The translations under genes and the position numbers were made by a program. The notes below the pieces were generated by a model, which saw only the letters and a program-made list of their open reading frames with translations, was not told where the DNA came from and did no database searches. From NCBI GenBank assembly GCA_050250895.1, contig JBFWNU010000001.1:3808149-3872148 (forward strand): a stretch of 64,000 nt of DNA. The letters are read 5' to 3'. The stretch comes from Vulcanimicrobiota bacterium. GTDB taxonomy: Bacteria; Vulcanimicrobiota; Xenobia; Xenobiales; JADMJV01. Below are positions 46,787-57,199 of this stretch, piece by piece (positions within the stretch are counted from its first letter, which is position 1; every line of letters begins with the position of its first letter).

Positions 46787-47998
46787 TTGAAGAGATTCGC
46801 AGTTCTGCTGATCGGTCTGTCGGCGGGAGGCCTGCTTGGACTGAGCATCCTGTCGTTGCTGGCGTTTGACTGGATTTTGCAGAAAGATCTTGCGACGCGC
46901 TTTCAACACCGCAGAGAGGCTGGCCTCGAGGTGGTCAAGGCCGAGCCTGAGCGCGTCGATCAGGCCAACGAAGGCCAAATCGTCTTCTTGACCGGCCAGT
47001 TGCAAGCCGAGACTCGCCGGGACCCGGTCCTGGGTGCCCAGGCCCAGGCTCTGGCCCTGGACCGGCGCGTAGAAGGCTATCAACGACGGCAGGTAACGCG
47101 CAAGCGCACTACCGGCCGCGGTGCCGGACAAAGCCATACCGAAAGTAGCCTCGATTGGCACTTCAGGGGCTTTGAGCCAGCTTCAAGAACTTCGCCGAGT
47201 CTCGACAGCTTGAACTCGCTTCGGATCGGCACGGGGTATGACGACCACCTGGGCCAACCCGGAGGGCCTCAAGGGGTCCGACTGGGCGCCTACGAACTGG
47301 CGCCGGCCTTGCTCGAACCACTCCTGGAGTTCGAGCCGGCGCCCCTCTCGAAAGTGCTGCTCCAACTGCCCCAGTTCTCGACTTCTGGCCCGGTCCGCCG
47401 GGTTGGCGACCGGTATTTGACGAGCATGCGTGACGAATCCCAACCCCAGCCGGGTGATGTGCGCATCTGGTTCGAGACGGCGCCGCTGGGTCAGGTCAGC
47501 CTGGTGGCCCGCCAGCGCGGGGGACGACTCGAGCCGGCGGGGACAGGCTGGATTCGGCGCGGTCTCCACCATCCCGCCGAGGTCCTGTCGGCGTGGCAAC
47601 TCTTGCGCAGCACCGAATTCTGGAGAAGCCACCTGCTCAGCCTGCTATTGCTGCCTATCCCCGTCTATCTCGTGGTGCTGCTGTTGGGATGGCTCGATGG
47701 CGAATTCTGTATGCCTGAACCGCTGCTGAAGGGGGCGCAGCGGCTGGCCTCGATGCCTCGTAATCTTCTCTTCTGTCTCTTGCTCCACGCAAGCCTTGGG
47801 GCCGTCGTCTGGGTCGAGCATGACCCGACTGTGACCGCCTTCTACGTGGCCATCGGCTGGCCTATGGTGATGGGCCTGCTTCGCCTGCCACCCCCTGAGC
47901 GAGAGGCCGCCCGGTCGGGCGGGCGCACTAGTTGCGATCCCGAACACGGCGGTCGACCAGAGCCCGGAACCGGACCTGGGAGTGGAGCGCCCGCTTGA
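46787..47998 (+). CDS. TMEM43/DUF1625-like membrane protein
   Basis: N-terminal TM, ANEGQIVFLTG, LDRRVEGYQ, PQPGDVRI and C-terminal TMs. Confidence 0.6.
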   Translation: MKRFAVLLIGLSAGGLLGLSILSLLAFDWILQKDLATRFQHRREAGLEVVKAEPERVDQANEGQIVFLTGQLQAETRRDPVLGAQAQALALDRRVEGYQRRQVTRKRTTGRGAGQSHTESSLDWHFRGFEPASRTSPSLDSLNSLRIGTGYDDHLGQPGGPQGVRLGAYELAPALLEPLLEFEPAPLSKVLLQLPQFSTSGPVRRVGDRYLTSMRDESQPQPGDVRIWFETAPLGQVSLVARQRGGRLEPAGTGWIRRGLHHPAEVLSAWQLLRSTEFWRSHLLSLLLLPIPVYLVVLLLGWLDGEFCMPEPLLKGAQRLASMPRNLLFCLLLHASLGAVVWVEHDPTVTAFYVAIGWPMVMGLLRLPPPEREAARSGGRTSCDPEHGGRPEPGTGPGSGAPA

Positions 47999-48143
47999 GA
48001 TGCGCCAGAGCCAGGTCGGCCTGGGCCAGCATGATCTCGGGAATCGTTCCACCCGCGCCGGACAGGGCGCAGAGATAGTCGTCTAGAGCGGTGCGCGGGT
48101 CCTGAGTGCGAACCAGCAGGTCTTCAAAGTTCGAGAATCGCAT
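47928..48143 (-). CDS. Small hypothetical protein
   Basis: 71 aa. TAGGCT 6 nt before ATG, as in other apparently leaderless genes. Confidence 0.45.
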   Translation of the reverse strand: MRFSNFEDLLVRTQDPRTALDDYLCALSGAGGTIPEIMLAQADLALAHLKRALHSQVRFRALVDRRVRDRN

Positions 48144-48305
48144 GGCTCAAGCCTAGGCGGCTCGCGTGACAGAAGTTGGCAGCGGACACAATTTCTCTAC
48201 ATTTGGGCCAAGCTTTGACAAGGTTTGCTGGCACAATCACACCTAGCATATGACCTTGTAGAGTGTCTGGAGAGCCCGCCCGAAGGGCTCTCCAGACCAA
48301 TCCCC

Positions 48306-49148
48306 CTACGCTGCGATGAGCGCTTCCTGTTTGGGATGGTCTCGATCGTAGCGTTCTTTGATTTCCTCGAGCTCGCGCGAGTAGCGCTCCATGGTGCGGT
48401 GGGCCGAATCCATACTCTGGTCGAAGTCCTCATAGGCTCCATCGGTCTCGAACGGGCCGTACTGGGGGGCTCGGGTGATGTCGATCTTGATGGGCGTCTC
48501 CTCATCCCACATCTGGTGGATCCACTCCTCGGCTTTCAGGGGATGGTCGGCCATGCTCGGGTCCATGATGTAGGCCGAGACCTGGTGGGACTCGTCTTCG
48601 GCAAACACCAGGGGAGCTACGTGATACCACCACTCGGCGTGCATATACTTGTTGTCGGCCTCGAGTCGTCCCGGGTTGCCGATGTCTTCAAGCATCACGA
48701 ACATCTTGCCGCAGTTGACCTGATCTTCGCGCATGGTTTCGCACATCTTGTGGGCTCGGGCGTAACAGCCGTCGGTGATATATTCGAAGGGGATCTCGGG
48801 ATCGCCGGCCAGTTTGTGAAACTCGGCGAAGAGCTGATCGCTGGTCAGGATACGCCCTTCTAACCGCGACACGTCCTGATGATATTGAATGCGAGCGTCC
48901 TCGCCCAGGTCGCCGAGCAGGCGTTGCTCGAGGGCGCTCTGATTTAGATCGCGGTTGGAAGGCTCTTCGTTGAAGTCGTCATCGCCACCACTGACAAGCT
49001 CCCCGTGGGTGAGCAGCCACTCGCGGTGAGTGGCAAAATCAGCACTGCGACCCAGCTCGAGGGTATCGGCGAAGGCCTCTTTTGGCGTGGTCTCGATTCG
49101 GCGTGGCGTGAGCGTTGGCGTGTGACCTCGATGACCGATCGGATTCAT
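48306..49148 (-). CDS. Protein-glutamine glutaminase (protein deamidase) family
   Basis: DGCYARAH (Cys), WWYHVAP (His) and MDPS (Asp) triad motifs. Confidence 0.82.
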   Translation of the reverse strand: MNPIGHRGHTPTLTPRRIETTPKEAFADTLELGRSADFATHREWLLTHGELVSGGDDDFNEEPSNRDLNQSALEQRLLGDLGEDARIQYHQDVSRLEGRILTSDQLFAEFHKLAGDPEIPFEYITDGCYARAHKMCETMREDQVNCGKMFVMLEDIGNPGRLEADNKYMHAEWWYHVAPLVFAEDESHQVSAYIMDPSMADHPLKAEEWIHQMWDEETPIKIDITRAPQYGPFETDGAYEDFDQSMDSAHRTMERYSRELEEIKERYDRDHPKQEALIAA

Positions 49149-49164
49149 ATGTTCCCCCTCGTTG

Positions 49165-50541
49165 TCAGGCCGTCTGTGCCGGCCCTCGTTCTAAGACGTT
49201 GCTGATACAGCGGATGGCTCCCCGCCACGAGGTCAGGGCCGGCAGTTTGAGGGGGACGACCTCAAAGCCGAGCGATTCATAGACCTGACTGGCGCGGCGG
49301 TCCAAAGCCGGCAAATCGTAAGTGGGCAAGAAGACGCGCTTTACCTGGTTGCCGCCGTCGTCGATGTAGTTCTCCATCAGGCAGTTGTTATAGGTCACCC
49401 AAGAAAGTTCGGGCGGGCCCTGGAGATAGGGCAGCCGCACTACGTTGTAGCCACGCTCGCGCATCAGCTGGGCGTTGTGGTCGAACTGATGCTGCAGCAG
49501 CGGGTCACCCTCGGTGTTCTGATGGACCAGCGCGGCCAGGTGGTCCTGACCCTCGGTGCCCAGATTCTCGTTGAGGCGGCGGTTGTGGTCGGCGTATTGC
49601 TCGGGGCTGAGGCTGGCCACGGTCGAAAGGGCCCAGCTGGGATCGCCCACCAGGATGGTGTGGTCATCCACAGGGGTCAGCCCCATGTCGATGTGGAAGG
49701 TGGCCGGCACCTCCAGTTCGGGCGTTTTCGGGTCGTCGGCCCCCACCACGGTGACCGGGCGCCCGTATTTCTCCTCGAAGATGCCCTGAGCCAGACCCAA
49801 CCAGTGCTCTTCACCGGGACCCCGGGTCGATTTGTAGAGGTTGGGTTCGAAGTGATAGCCGACCTTGGTGTTGTCTTCGACCATCCTCACCGAGAACGGC
49901 GTGGTCGATTGGCCGGGGTGCTCTTCGTCGTACAGCTTCTTGGCCGTCAAATAGAGCGAGGTGAAACCTAGAAAGCTCTCGTTGCTGTTCGAGACCTCGT
50001 CGCCACCGTCGGTGACCAGGCGCTTGTCTGCGTCGAGTTCGACTCCGGCGAATTCGGCGATGCGCGGGGGCAACAGCTCGTCGTCGCCGTGGGGTCGCAT
50101 GGTGGTCTGGCCGAGCAGGCGCGAGGTGCCGTTGGCGTTGCGCAAGCCGACCATCTGATCGCGAGCCCACATGGTGATGTCGAGGCCATCGTTGACCATC
50201 AAGCCGAAACGCTCGCGGTTGGGAATGTTGCGCTCTTCCAGGCGTTGGGCCAGGGCCTGGCGGTCTTCGTCAGACTCGAGCACGATGGTGAAGCGCGTCT
50301 TGTCGTCCATGGTCTCGAACACCTGGAACCAGGCGTTGAAGACCTCGTTGCGGATGTTGGTGGGCACGTCGTGATCCAGCTGCAGAGCCAGGTGGCGAAT
50401 TTTGCCAAACGGCTCGGAGTAGACGCGGGTGGGAGCCTCGCTCAGGCTGACCTGATCGGTGGCCACGGCCGGTCCCTGGGCGGGACGGTTTGCGGGTCTA
50501 ACGGAAAGCGCCGGACGTTGGGTGACAGCCGAGATCTGCAT
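49165..50541 (-). CDS. Agmatine/peptidyl-arginine deiminase-like (pentein) protein
   Basis: WARD, DGG, FHIDM, TYNN and C-terminal GAIRCIS catalytic motifs. Confidence 0.72.
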   Translation of the reverse strand: MQISAVTQRPALSVRPANRPAQGPAVATDQVSLSEAPTRVYSEPFGKIRHLALQLDHDVPTNIRNEVFNAWFQVFETMDDKTRFTIVLESDEDRQALAQRLEERNIPNRERFGLMVNDGLDITMWARDQMVGLRNANGTSRLLGQTTMRPHGDDELLPPRIAEFAGVELDADKRLVTDGGDEVSNSNESFLGFTSLYLTAKKLYDEEHPGQSTTPFSVRMVEDNTKVGYHFEPNLYKSTRGPGEEHWLGLAQGIFEEKYGRPVTVVGADDPKTPELEVPATFHIDMGLTPVDDHTILVGDPSWALSTVASLSPEQYADHNRRLNENLGTEGQDHLAALVHQNTEGDPLLQHQFDHNAQLMRERGYNVVRLPYLQGPPELSWVTYNNCLMENYIDDGGNQVKRVFLPTYDLPALDRRASQVYESLGFEVVPLKLPALTSWRGAIRCISNVLERGPAQTA

Positions 50542-50628
50542 AGGCTGAGACTATGCCGAGGTCTGCTCGACGGGTTGAACGATTTGTTAATTTCCGTGAG
50601 CAAGCTCGGGCCGGACCCGAATCGGTAG

Positions 50629-51078
50629 TTAATTTCGGCTTTTGAGCCAGTGGACGTAGCCCAACTCGGGGGCAGGGTTCGGGCAAGCGGGACCGGTCGG
50701 ACCCAGCCAATACTCCTGCCCTTTAGAATCGGAGTCGTAGGCGCCGGCCAGTTGATGGCCCGGGCAGGTCGGAATCTGCCTTAGATAGTCCGGCGTCAAC
50801 AAGCTCAACCGGGCCGGAGGAGCTTGAAAATCCGCAGCGTACAACTCGACTGCCACGGCCAGGTTCTTGAGATTGCTCTGGCAGGCCCGTTGACGGCCCT
50901 CGAACATCAGGCGATCGGCCCGATAGGCGCCATAGGTGGCAGCCAGAGGGAGGGCGACCACCTCGAGGCCCACCACCACGGCCAGTTTGATCGCTGGGGT
51001 CTGGCCGCGGGTCAGGCCCAGGGCCACCACGGCGGCGCTGCCGGTGATCAGCAGAAAGAAAAAGGCGGCCGTCATCAT
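50629..51078 (-). CDS. Pseudopilin/GspG-like membrane protein
   Basis: Two TMs, then ACQSNLKNLAVAVELY...LTPDYLRQIPTCP. Confidence 0.55.
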   Translation of the reverse strand: MMTAAFFFLLITGSAAVVALGLTRGQTPAIKLAVVVGLEVVALPLAATYGAYRADRLMFEGRQRACQSNLKNLAVAVELYAADFQAPPARLSLLTPDYLRQIPTCPGHQLAGAYDSDSKGQEYWLGPTGPACPNPAPELGYVHWLKSRN

Positions 51079-51111
51079 ACGGCCGCCTTTTCGGCGCTCC
51101 GGCTGGGTGTC

Positions 51112-52185
51112 CTAGTTAAACGACAACCCGTAGCGGTTGAAGCAATACATGGGCAGTTGCTGTTCGAGTTGCTCGAGCATCGCCCCCGGCAACTGGGTCT
51201 GCTCGGGATAGATGCAATGGGCCAGCTCAAGGCCCTGATAGATGGTCTCGCCAGCGACGACGAATCGCTGCAGAGTCTGTTGGACGCGGCTCTTGATCAC
51301 GGTGAGCATGGTCTCGATGTGGTCCTCGGGGGACTGCTCGGCCAGGATGATGACAAAGGTCTGCTCGTCGATGCGACCCAGCACGTCGCTGCCCCGAAGC
51401 AATCCGGCCAGGCGTCCAGCCGCGAAGCTGAGCACCCTGGGAGAGGCATCCGGTAGCGACACTCCGACCAGGGCTACTCGCTGGCGATAGCGCTGGGCTC
51501 GCTTGATCAACAAATCGAGCAAGTGGAACGTCAGAGCCCGGTTGGGAAGACCAGTGATGGGGTCGTCTAGTCGTTGCAGGGTTTCGTGGGCCAGATGAGC
51601 CTCGACCCGCGAGGCGCGTTCTTCGGCGGCCCGCACCCTTCGCTCGGCCAGTAACCATTCGCTCTCGGCCAGGTAGGCTCGCTCTTCCGCTGTCTCGACC
51701 TGGGCCTCGAGGTCGTTGGTGCGTTGGCGCGCTCGCGCCAATTGGGCTTCGGCTCGCCTCAGTTCCTCGTGTAGCTCTTCGCAATCCAGGCGAAGCAACA
51801 GCCTCGAGCTGGCTTCCTCCGCTTGCTCCTCGGCAAAGGCCATGGCCTCGCGCACGTTCGCCCGGGCGTGATCAAGGCGCTCTTCCATCTCGCGAATGTG
51901 TTCTTCAAGACGCCTGGTCTGGGCTCGCGACACTTGCATCTCTTTGGCCGTGCAGTACGGCGTCAGGGTCACCAGGAGCGCCGGATTGCCGTCCCAATCG
52001 AACATCTGCAAGCGCACCTGTTCCTGGCCAAGGCGCGGCAACACGGTGCCCGTCAACCTGCCCAACGGCTTGCCCAAAAAACTGGCCGCGGCGGGATTGG
52101 CATAGCGTATCTTTCGGGCTGCATCAACCACCATGACGGGGTCGGGCAGGCTCTCGAGAATGCGAACGGAGTCAGTCTTCTTCAT
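51112..52185 (-). CDS. PAS + coiled-coil + degenerate GGDEF protein
   Basis: LPDPVMVVD...YANPAA (PAS); DPITGLPNR; RGSDVLGRIDEQTF in place of GGDEF. Confidence 0.75.
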   Translation of the reverse strand: MKKTDSVRILESLPDPVMVVDAARKIRYANPAAASFLGKPLGRLTGTVLPRLGQEQVRLQMFDWDGNPALLVTLTPYCTAKEMQVSRAQTRRLEEHIREMEERLDHARANVREAMAFAEEQAEEASSRLLLRLDCEELHEELRRAEAQLARARQRTNDLEAQVETAEERAYLAESEWLLAERRVRAAEERASRVEAHLAHETLQRLDDPITGLPNRALTFHLLDLLIKRAQRYRQRVALVGVSLPDASPRVLSFAAGRLAGLLRGSDVLGRIDEQTFVIILAEQSPEDHIETMLTVIKSRVQQTLQRFVVAGETIYQGLELAHCIYPEQTQLPGAMLEQLEQQLPMYCFNRYGLSFN

Positions 52186-53134
52186 CTCTAACCTCCCTCT
52201 TGCAACTTGAGGCCACCACTTCCATCAACTCTTTGCCGAAGGGGTCAACGAAGATATAGCGCTTGCAACCGCGGATGGTGGGTCGGGTGAGCATGTCTCC
52301 CACCAACGACCGGGTGCTGGCTTCGCCGGCCCTGTCCACCAGACCGCGCACGCCCTCAAAGCGGTACTCTACCAGATTCCCTGAAGGCTCGCTAAGACGC
52401 ACCGTCAGGCCCTTCGAGTTGCGTTCATAGCCTCGCAGTCGACCCTCGTGCCCACTGCCGGTGAAATACTCGTGGGACGGTTCTACCTCGAGCGGCACAT
52501 CGGGAGCATAGGCATCTTCAAAATGTAACTGGTGGTCGATGGGAGCGTTCTGGCGCTGACGGGCGATTTTTTCGTAGCGGCGCAGGGCGAGCCGGTTTTC
52601 GGGGCTGACGCGGACAAACTGTAGTCCGACCTTGAACAGGTTACGCAGCCATTCTTTGCACCACACCACCTGGGCGCAACATTCGATGGGGGGCAAGCTG
52701 TCGACATCAAACTCCAGTCGCAGCAACACCGAGGCCCCGTGGGCCACTGCCTCGGGCAAGACCAGTTGCAGACCGCCCTGACTGAAGTCAAGGGTGTTGG
52801 TCCGATAGCCCGGCAGGTCTTTCGAAACCACGCAGAGTTGGCATTCGACGCGTTGGTAGGCTCGCAAGGCGGTGTCGTCGTGCCCTGTCTGGCCCCAGGC
52901 TGGCAGAGGCTCGTTTCCCAAGAGCACTGCCACCAGGGCAAACCCACCTCCGGTCAGGTTGCGGCAACTCTCGACGACCACTTGCATGGGGCGGGTGCGA
53001 CTGGCATCGGGTAGATTGATGCGGACCATCAAGATCTTCCCGCGTGCGTAGAAGCGGTCCGACCGCAACACCAACAGTCTCTGTTCACCGTCGAGGTAGT
53101 CGACAACCGGACCGGCAAGAAAGTCTAAAAGCAT
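52172..53134 (-). CDS. PilZ-domain protein
   Basis: RAYQR (RxxxR) and DFSQGG (DxSxxG). Confidence 0.8.
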   Translation of the reverse strand: MLLDFLAGPVVDYLDGEQRLLVLRSDRFYARGKILMVRINLPDASRTRPMQVVVESCRNLTGGGFALVAVLLGNEPLPAWGQTGHDDTALRAYQRVECQLCVVSKDLPGYRTNTLDFSQGGLQLVLPEAVAHGASVLLRLEFDVDSLPPIECCAQVVWCKEWLRNLFKVGLQFVRVSPENRLALRRYEKIARQRQNAPIDHQLHFEDAYAPDVPLEVEPSHEYFTGSGHEGRLRGYERNSKGLTVRLSEPSGNLVEYRFEGVRGLVDRAGEASTRSLVGDMLTRPTIRGCKRYIFVDPFGKELMEVVASSCKREVRDEED

Positions 53135-53327
53135 GATTGGTGCCCCTTCCGTCGATCGCCCTACCCAATTAACTTACCCCGATGTCCAAGATTTTACTCT
53201 GTTCGAAAGGAATCTTTTTCTCGAGGTAAGAATGAAGCCGGCTTTTTGGGTTGGCCTGGAACGGCGCTGGGTAGCGACGTGCCGGTCCGGCAGGAATAAG
53301 CCTGCCCCGTGTGCGACGTTACCCGCC

Positions 53328-54194
53328 ATGAAAAGATACCTTTTGCTGATGCTTACCACCCTCGGATTAGCGGCCATGGCCTCTCCTGGCGCCGGAAACG
53401 TCGAGCTGGCCGGGGTTCGCTGGCAATCCTGGGAAGAGGCTCAGGGGCGGGCCCGGCGCGAAGGCAAACCGATTCTGCTCTTTGATATGGTGGGGCGCCT
53501 CGACGAGCGCTGGTGCTGAACCAACGCACGCACCGTGAGGGCCGTGCTGCTCTCCGACACCAAAACCGCTCGCTATCTCGATGAACATTTCATCCTGGCC
53601 TGGAATAGCGTCAGGCCCGCTCCGAAAGTCAGGATCGACTTCGGCAACGGTAGGGTGCTCGAGCGCACCCTCAAGGGAAACACAGTGTTCTATGTTTGCA
53701 ACAGCCAGGGGCGGGTCGTCGACGCTCTGCCCGGAGTCTATCTGCCCGGCGATTTCCGGGCCGAACTGGCGCAGAGCCTCGAGCTTTTGGCTCAGGACCC
53801 CGAACAGGTTCGTCGCCGTCACGACCAGGCTGGGGTCGCTATGGGAATGGCCATGGTCGGCAAGGGCTTCGTCGAGGCTCCACTTTTGCAGGCACTCGAT
53901 GCGCCCGCCCACAAGACGGGCGCCATTCGCGACATCAGTGGCGAGCCCCATAGTCGGCAAGAGCTAGAAGCCTTGATCCCCGGCCAGGGCGAGTTGGCCG
54001 GGCGGGCGCTCCAGGCCGACTCGAAGGCCAGCCGCGAGGTCTTGCGCCCGGCCGCCCATCGTCTGTTGGCGGGGTTCTCGACCCTGCCTCGGCCGGAGGA
54101 CTGCCGCCAGCAACTCTATCGCGACGTGCTCAAGGTGGACCTCGACGATCCGTATCTGGGCCTCAAGCTCGAGGGAATGCCCGGCACACCGTAA
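53328..54194 (+). CDS. Exported thioredoxin-like selenoprotein (SelN-like CU motif), UGA at 53517-53519 read as Sec
   Basis: Signal peptide MKRYLLLMLTTLGLAAMA. WEEAQGRARREGKPILLF...GRLDERWC-TGA-TNARTVR continues in frame into the 53535-54194 ORF. Hairpin immediately 3' of the UGA. Confidence 0.72.
53526..53547 (+). promoter_or_regulatory. Candidate bacterial SECIS hairpin
   Basis: GCACGC(A)CC-GUGA-GGGC(C)GUGC stem-loop starting 6 nt after UGA; loop G is 16 nt downstream. Folded by eye only. Confidence 0.5.
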
Positions 54195-54225
54195 GGTTGT
54201 CGGCGCGTAATGTGAACCGAGTGCC

Positions 54226-54654
54226 TCAATCGGTTTCGCAGGCCAACAATTCGCCGCGGCCGTAGATGCCTTCTTCGACCATCAGGTAGCCGGCCTGAAG
54301 AAATTCAGGCTGGTCCTGGTCGATGCCCATCAAGATCAGGCTGTAGCCCTCGATGATCGAATCCAGACAGTCGTTCCAGCCTTGGGCCAGCTGGGGGAAC
54401 TCGGCGAACGGGTTGTCGTGGACTTCCGCTTCCCACTCTTCGAGATCGGTGCGCAGCTCTTTCACGGTCTCTTCGCGGCTCTCTTCGCCGGTCATGAAGT
54501 CGTCGAGCAGCAGGCGCAACTCCTCGAGTGCGCTCTCGCGAGCCCCGTCGAGTTCCACTTCGAGATCCTCGGTGTCTAGTTCGTCGAGGTCAATCGGGGC
54601 CGGCTGCCAGGGGCTGCTGATCTCGATCTCGAGGCCGGTCTCAGGATCCAGCAT
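54226..54654 (-). CDS. Acidic hypothetical protein
   Basis: Start MLDPETG with GAGGAG SD; very Asp/Glu-rich. Confidence 0.65.
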   Translation of the reverse strand: MLDPETGLEIEISSPWQPAPIDLDELDTEDLEVELDGARESALEELRLLLDDFMTGEESREETVKELRTDLEEWEAEVHDNPFAEFPQLAQGWNDCLDSIIEGYSLILMGIDQDQPEFLQAGYLMVEEGIYGRGELLACETD

Positions 54655-54922
54655 CCTGGTTCTCCTCTTGTGGTTGCTGCTGCTGCTTGCGCTTGCGCTT
54701 GCGGCCGCGGCGTCTACGAGCCTTGCGTCCGGCCATGCGCTTGAGTTTGCGGGTCTCGACCAGTTTGCGCAAGAGCACGTTCTCGCGCTTGGGAACGCCC
54801 CGGGCGCCGCCGGCCTTCTTAGGGGTGGCCGTCTTCTTCTGGGTGGCAGTCTTCTTGGCCGCATCGGCTTCTTTGCCGTGCCGGACGTGGCCCGCGGGGT
54901 GGTGGCCACCAATCGAGGTCAT
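54641..54922 (-). CDS. Small Lys/Arg-rich basic protein
   Basis: 93 aa with KKTATQKKTATPKK and ARRRRGRKRKRK. Overlaps the start of the acidic gene. Confidence 0.55.
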   Translation of the reverse strand: MTSIGGHHPAGHVRHGKEADAAKKTATQKKTATPKKAGGARGVPKRENVLLRKLVETRKLKRMAGRKARRRRGRKRKRKQQQQPQEENQDAGS

Positions 54923-55031
54923 TGCTCAAGGATTCCTGTCGTCAAGCCTTTCGGCCTGCCCAAAGAAGCCGGTCAACGACCGGCTTCTGACACTTTTTCT
55001 GACAGACTCGGGCCCGAGCCTCGAGTCGTGT

Positions 55032-55481
55032 CTAGGGGGCGGGAATTTCTGGTTCCACCAGCCTGGCTAGATATTCCAAGGATTGTTGCCAGCCCAGGTA
55101 ACATTGCTCAGCGGGAATGGCGGCCGGGATCCCTTCCTGGACGATGTTGAGTTCGGTCCCGCAGCTGACGGCCCGTAGCTCGACCGTGGTGACCATCTCG
55201 CCTGGCAGATTGGGATCGTCGAATACATCGGTGTAACGGAGCTTCTCGTTGGGCACGAGTTCCTGATAAGTACCGCCGAAAGAGTGGCCGTTGCCGGTGG
55301 TGAAGTTACGAAAGGTCATGCGAAATTGGCCGCCCACCCGGGCCTCGAGCTTTTCGACCGAGCAGGTGAACCCGTGCGGAGGCAGCCAGCGAGCCAGCGC
55401 GTCGGGCTCGAGAAAAGCCCGGTATACCTTCTCGGGTTTGGCGGTCAGCACGCGATGTAGTTTTACAGTTCCAGTAGCCAT
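55032..55481 (-). CDS. SRPBCC/AHSA1-like protein
   Basis: PEKVYRAFL, WLPPHG, FDDPNLPGEM and GWQQSL motifs; AAGGAG SD. Confidence 0.88.
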   Translation of the reverse strand: MATGTVKLHRVLTAKPEKVYRAFLEPDALARWLPPHGFTCSVEKLEARVGGQFRMTFRNFTTGNGHSFGGTYQELVPNEKLRYTDVFDDPNLPGEMVTTVELRAVSCGTELNIVQEGIPAAIPAEQCYLGWQQSLEYLARLVEPEIPAP

Positions 55482-55660
55482 GGTTTGAGTCTCCTTTGTC
55501 TGATTAGCCCCTCCACCATGTGGTCGTTCGGCGAGCGGCTGGATCGACATTCTCCGAAAGAAGGTGACTTCAAGGCAAGAACTCGAGACCGACGACCGAC
55601 TTGCCGCCGGCCAACGGAGCAGACCAGGCGACCCGAGCCGGGCACTTGTCCCGGCGTCGC

Positions 55661-55694
55661 AAAATGAAAGAAGCCGGCCATCCGGCCGGCTTCT
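55661..55694 (-). terminator. Rho-independent terminator of ahcY
   Basis: Minus strand AGAAGCCGGCC-GGAT-GGCCGGCTTCT followed by TTCATTTT. Confidence 0.65.
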
Positions 55695-55753
55695 AAGCGG
55701 GCGGCGGGGGGTACTACCCCACTGCCGTCTACCGTCTGCTAACTACCGTCTGA

Positions 55754-57070
<1,317 letters not shown>

Positions 57071-57138
57071 TCAAAGGTGTATCTCGATAATAGGGGGCCG
57101 GAGGGGCCCCCGCATCCCCGTGATCGGGTAAATGACTC

Positions 57139-57166
57139 TACCTGATCTAATACCTGATTTCAGGTA
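57139..57166. promoter_or_regulatory. Putative operator between divergent ahcY and metallophosphoesterase
   Basis: Palindrome TACCTGA-TT-TCAGGTA (57151-57166) plus an extra TACCTGAT half-site at 57139. Confidence 0.4.
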
Positions 57167-57199
57167 GGCCAAACTTCGCTCTCTGTCAAAGCCTCGCTC

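Noticed and set aside
55721-55752. Short CCGTCT-containing repeats after ahcY
   Set aside because: Only three 6-9 nt units; too short for CRISPR or a definable repeat family.
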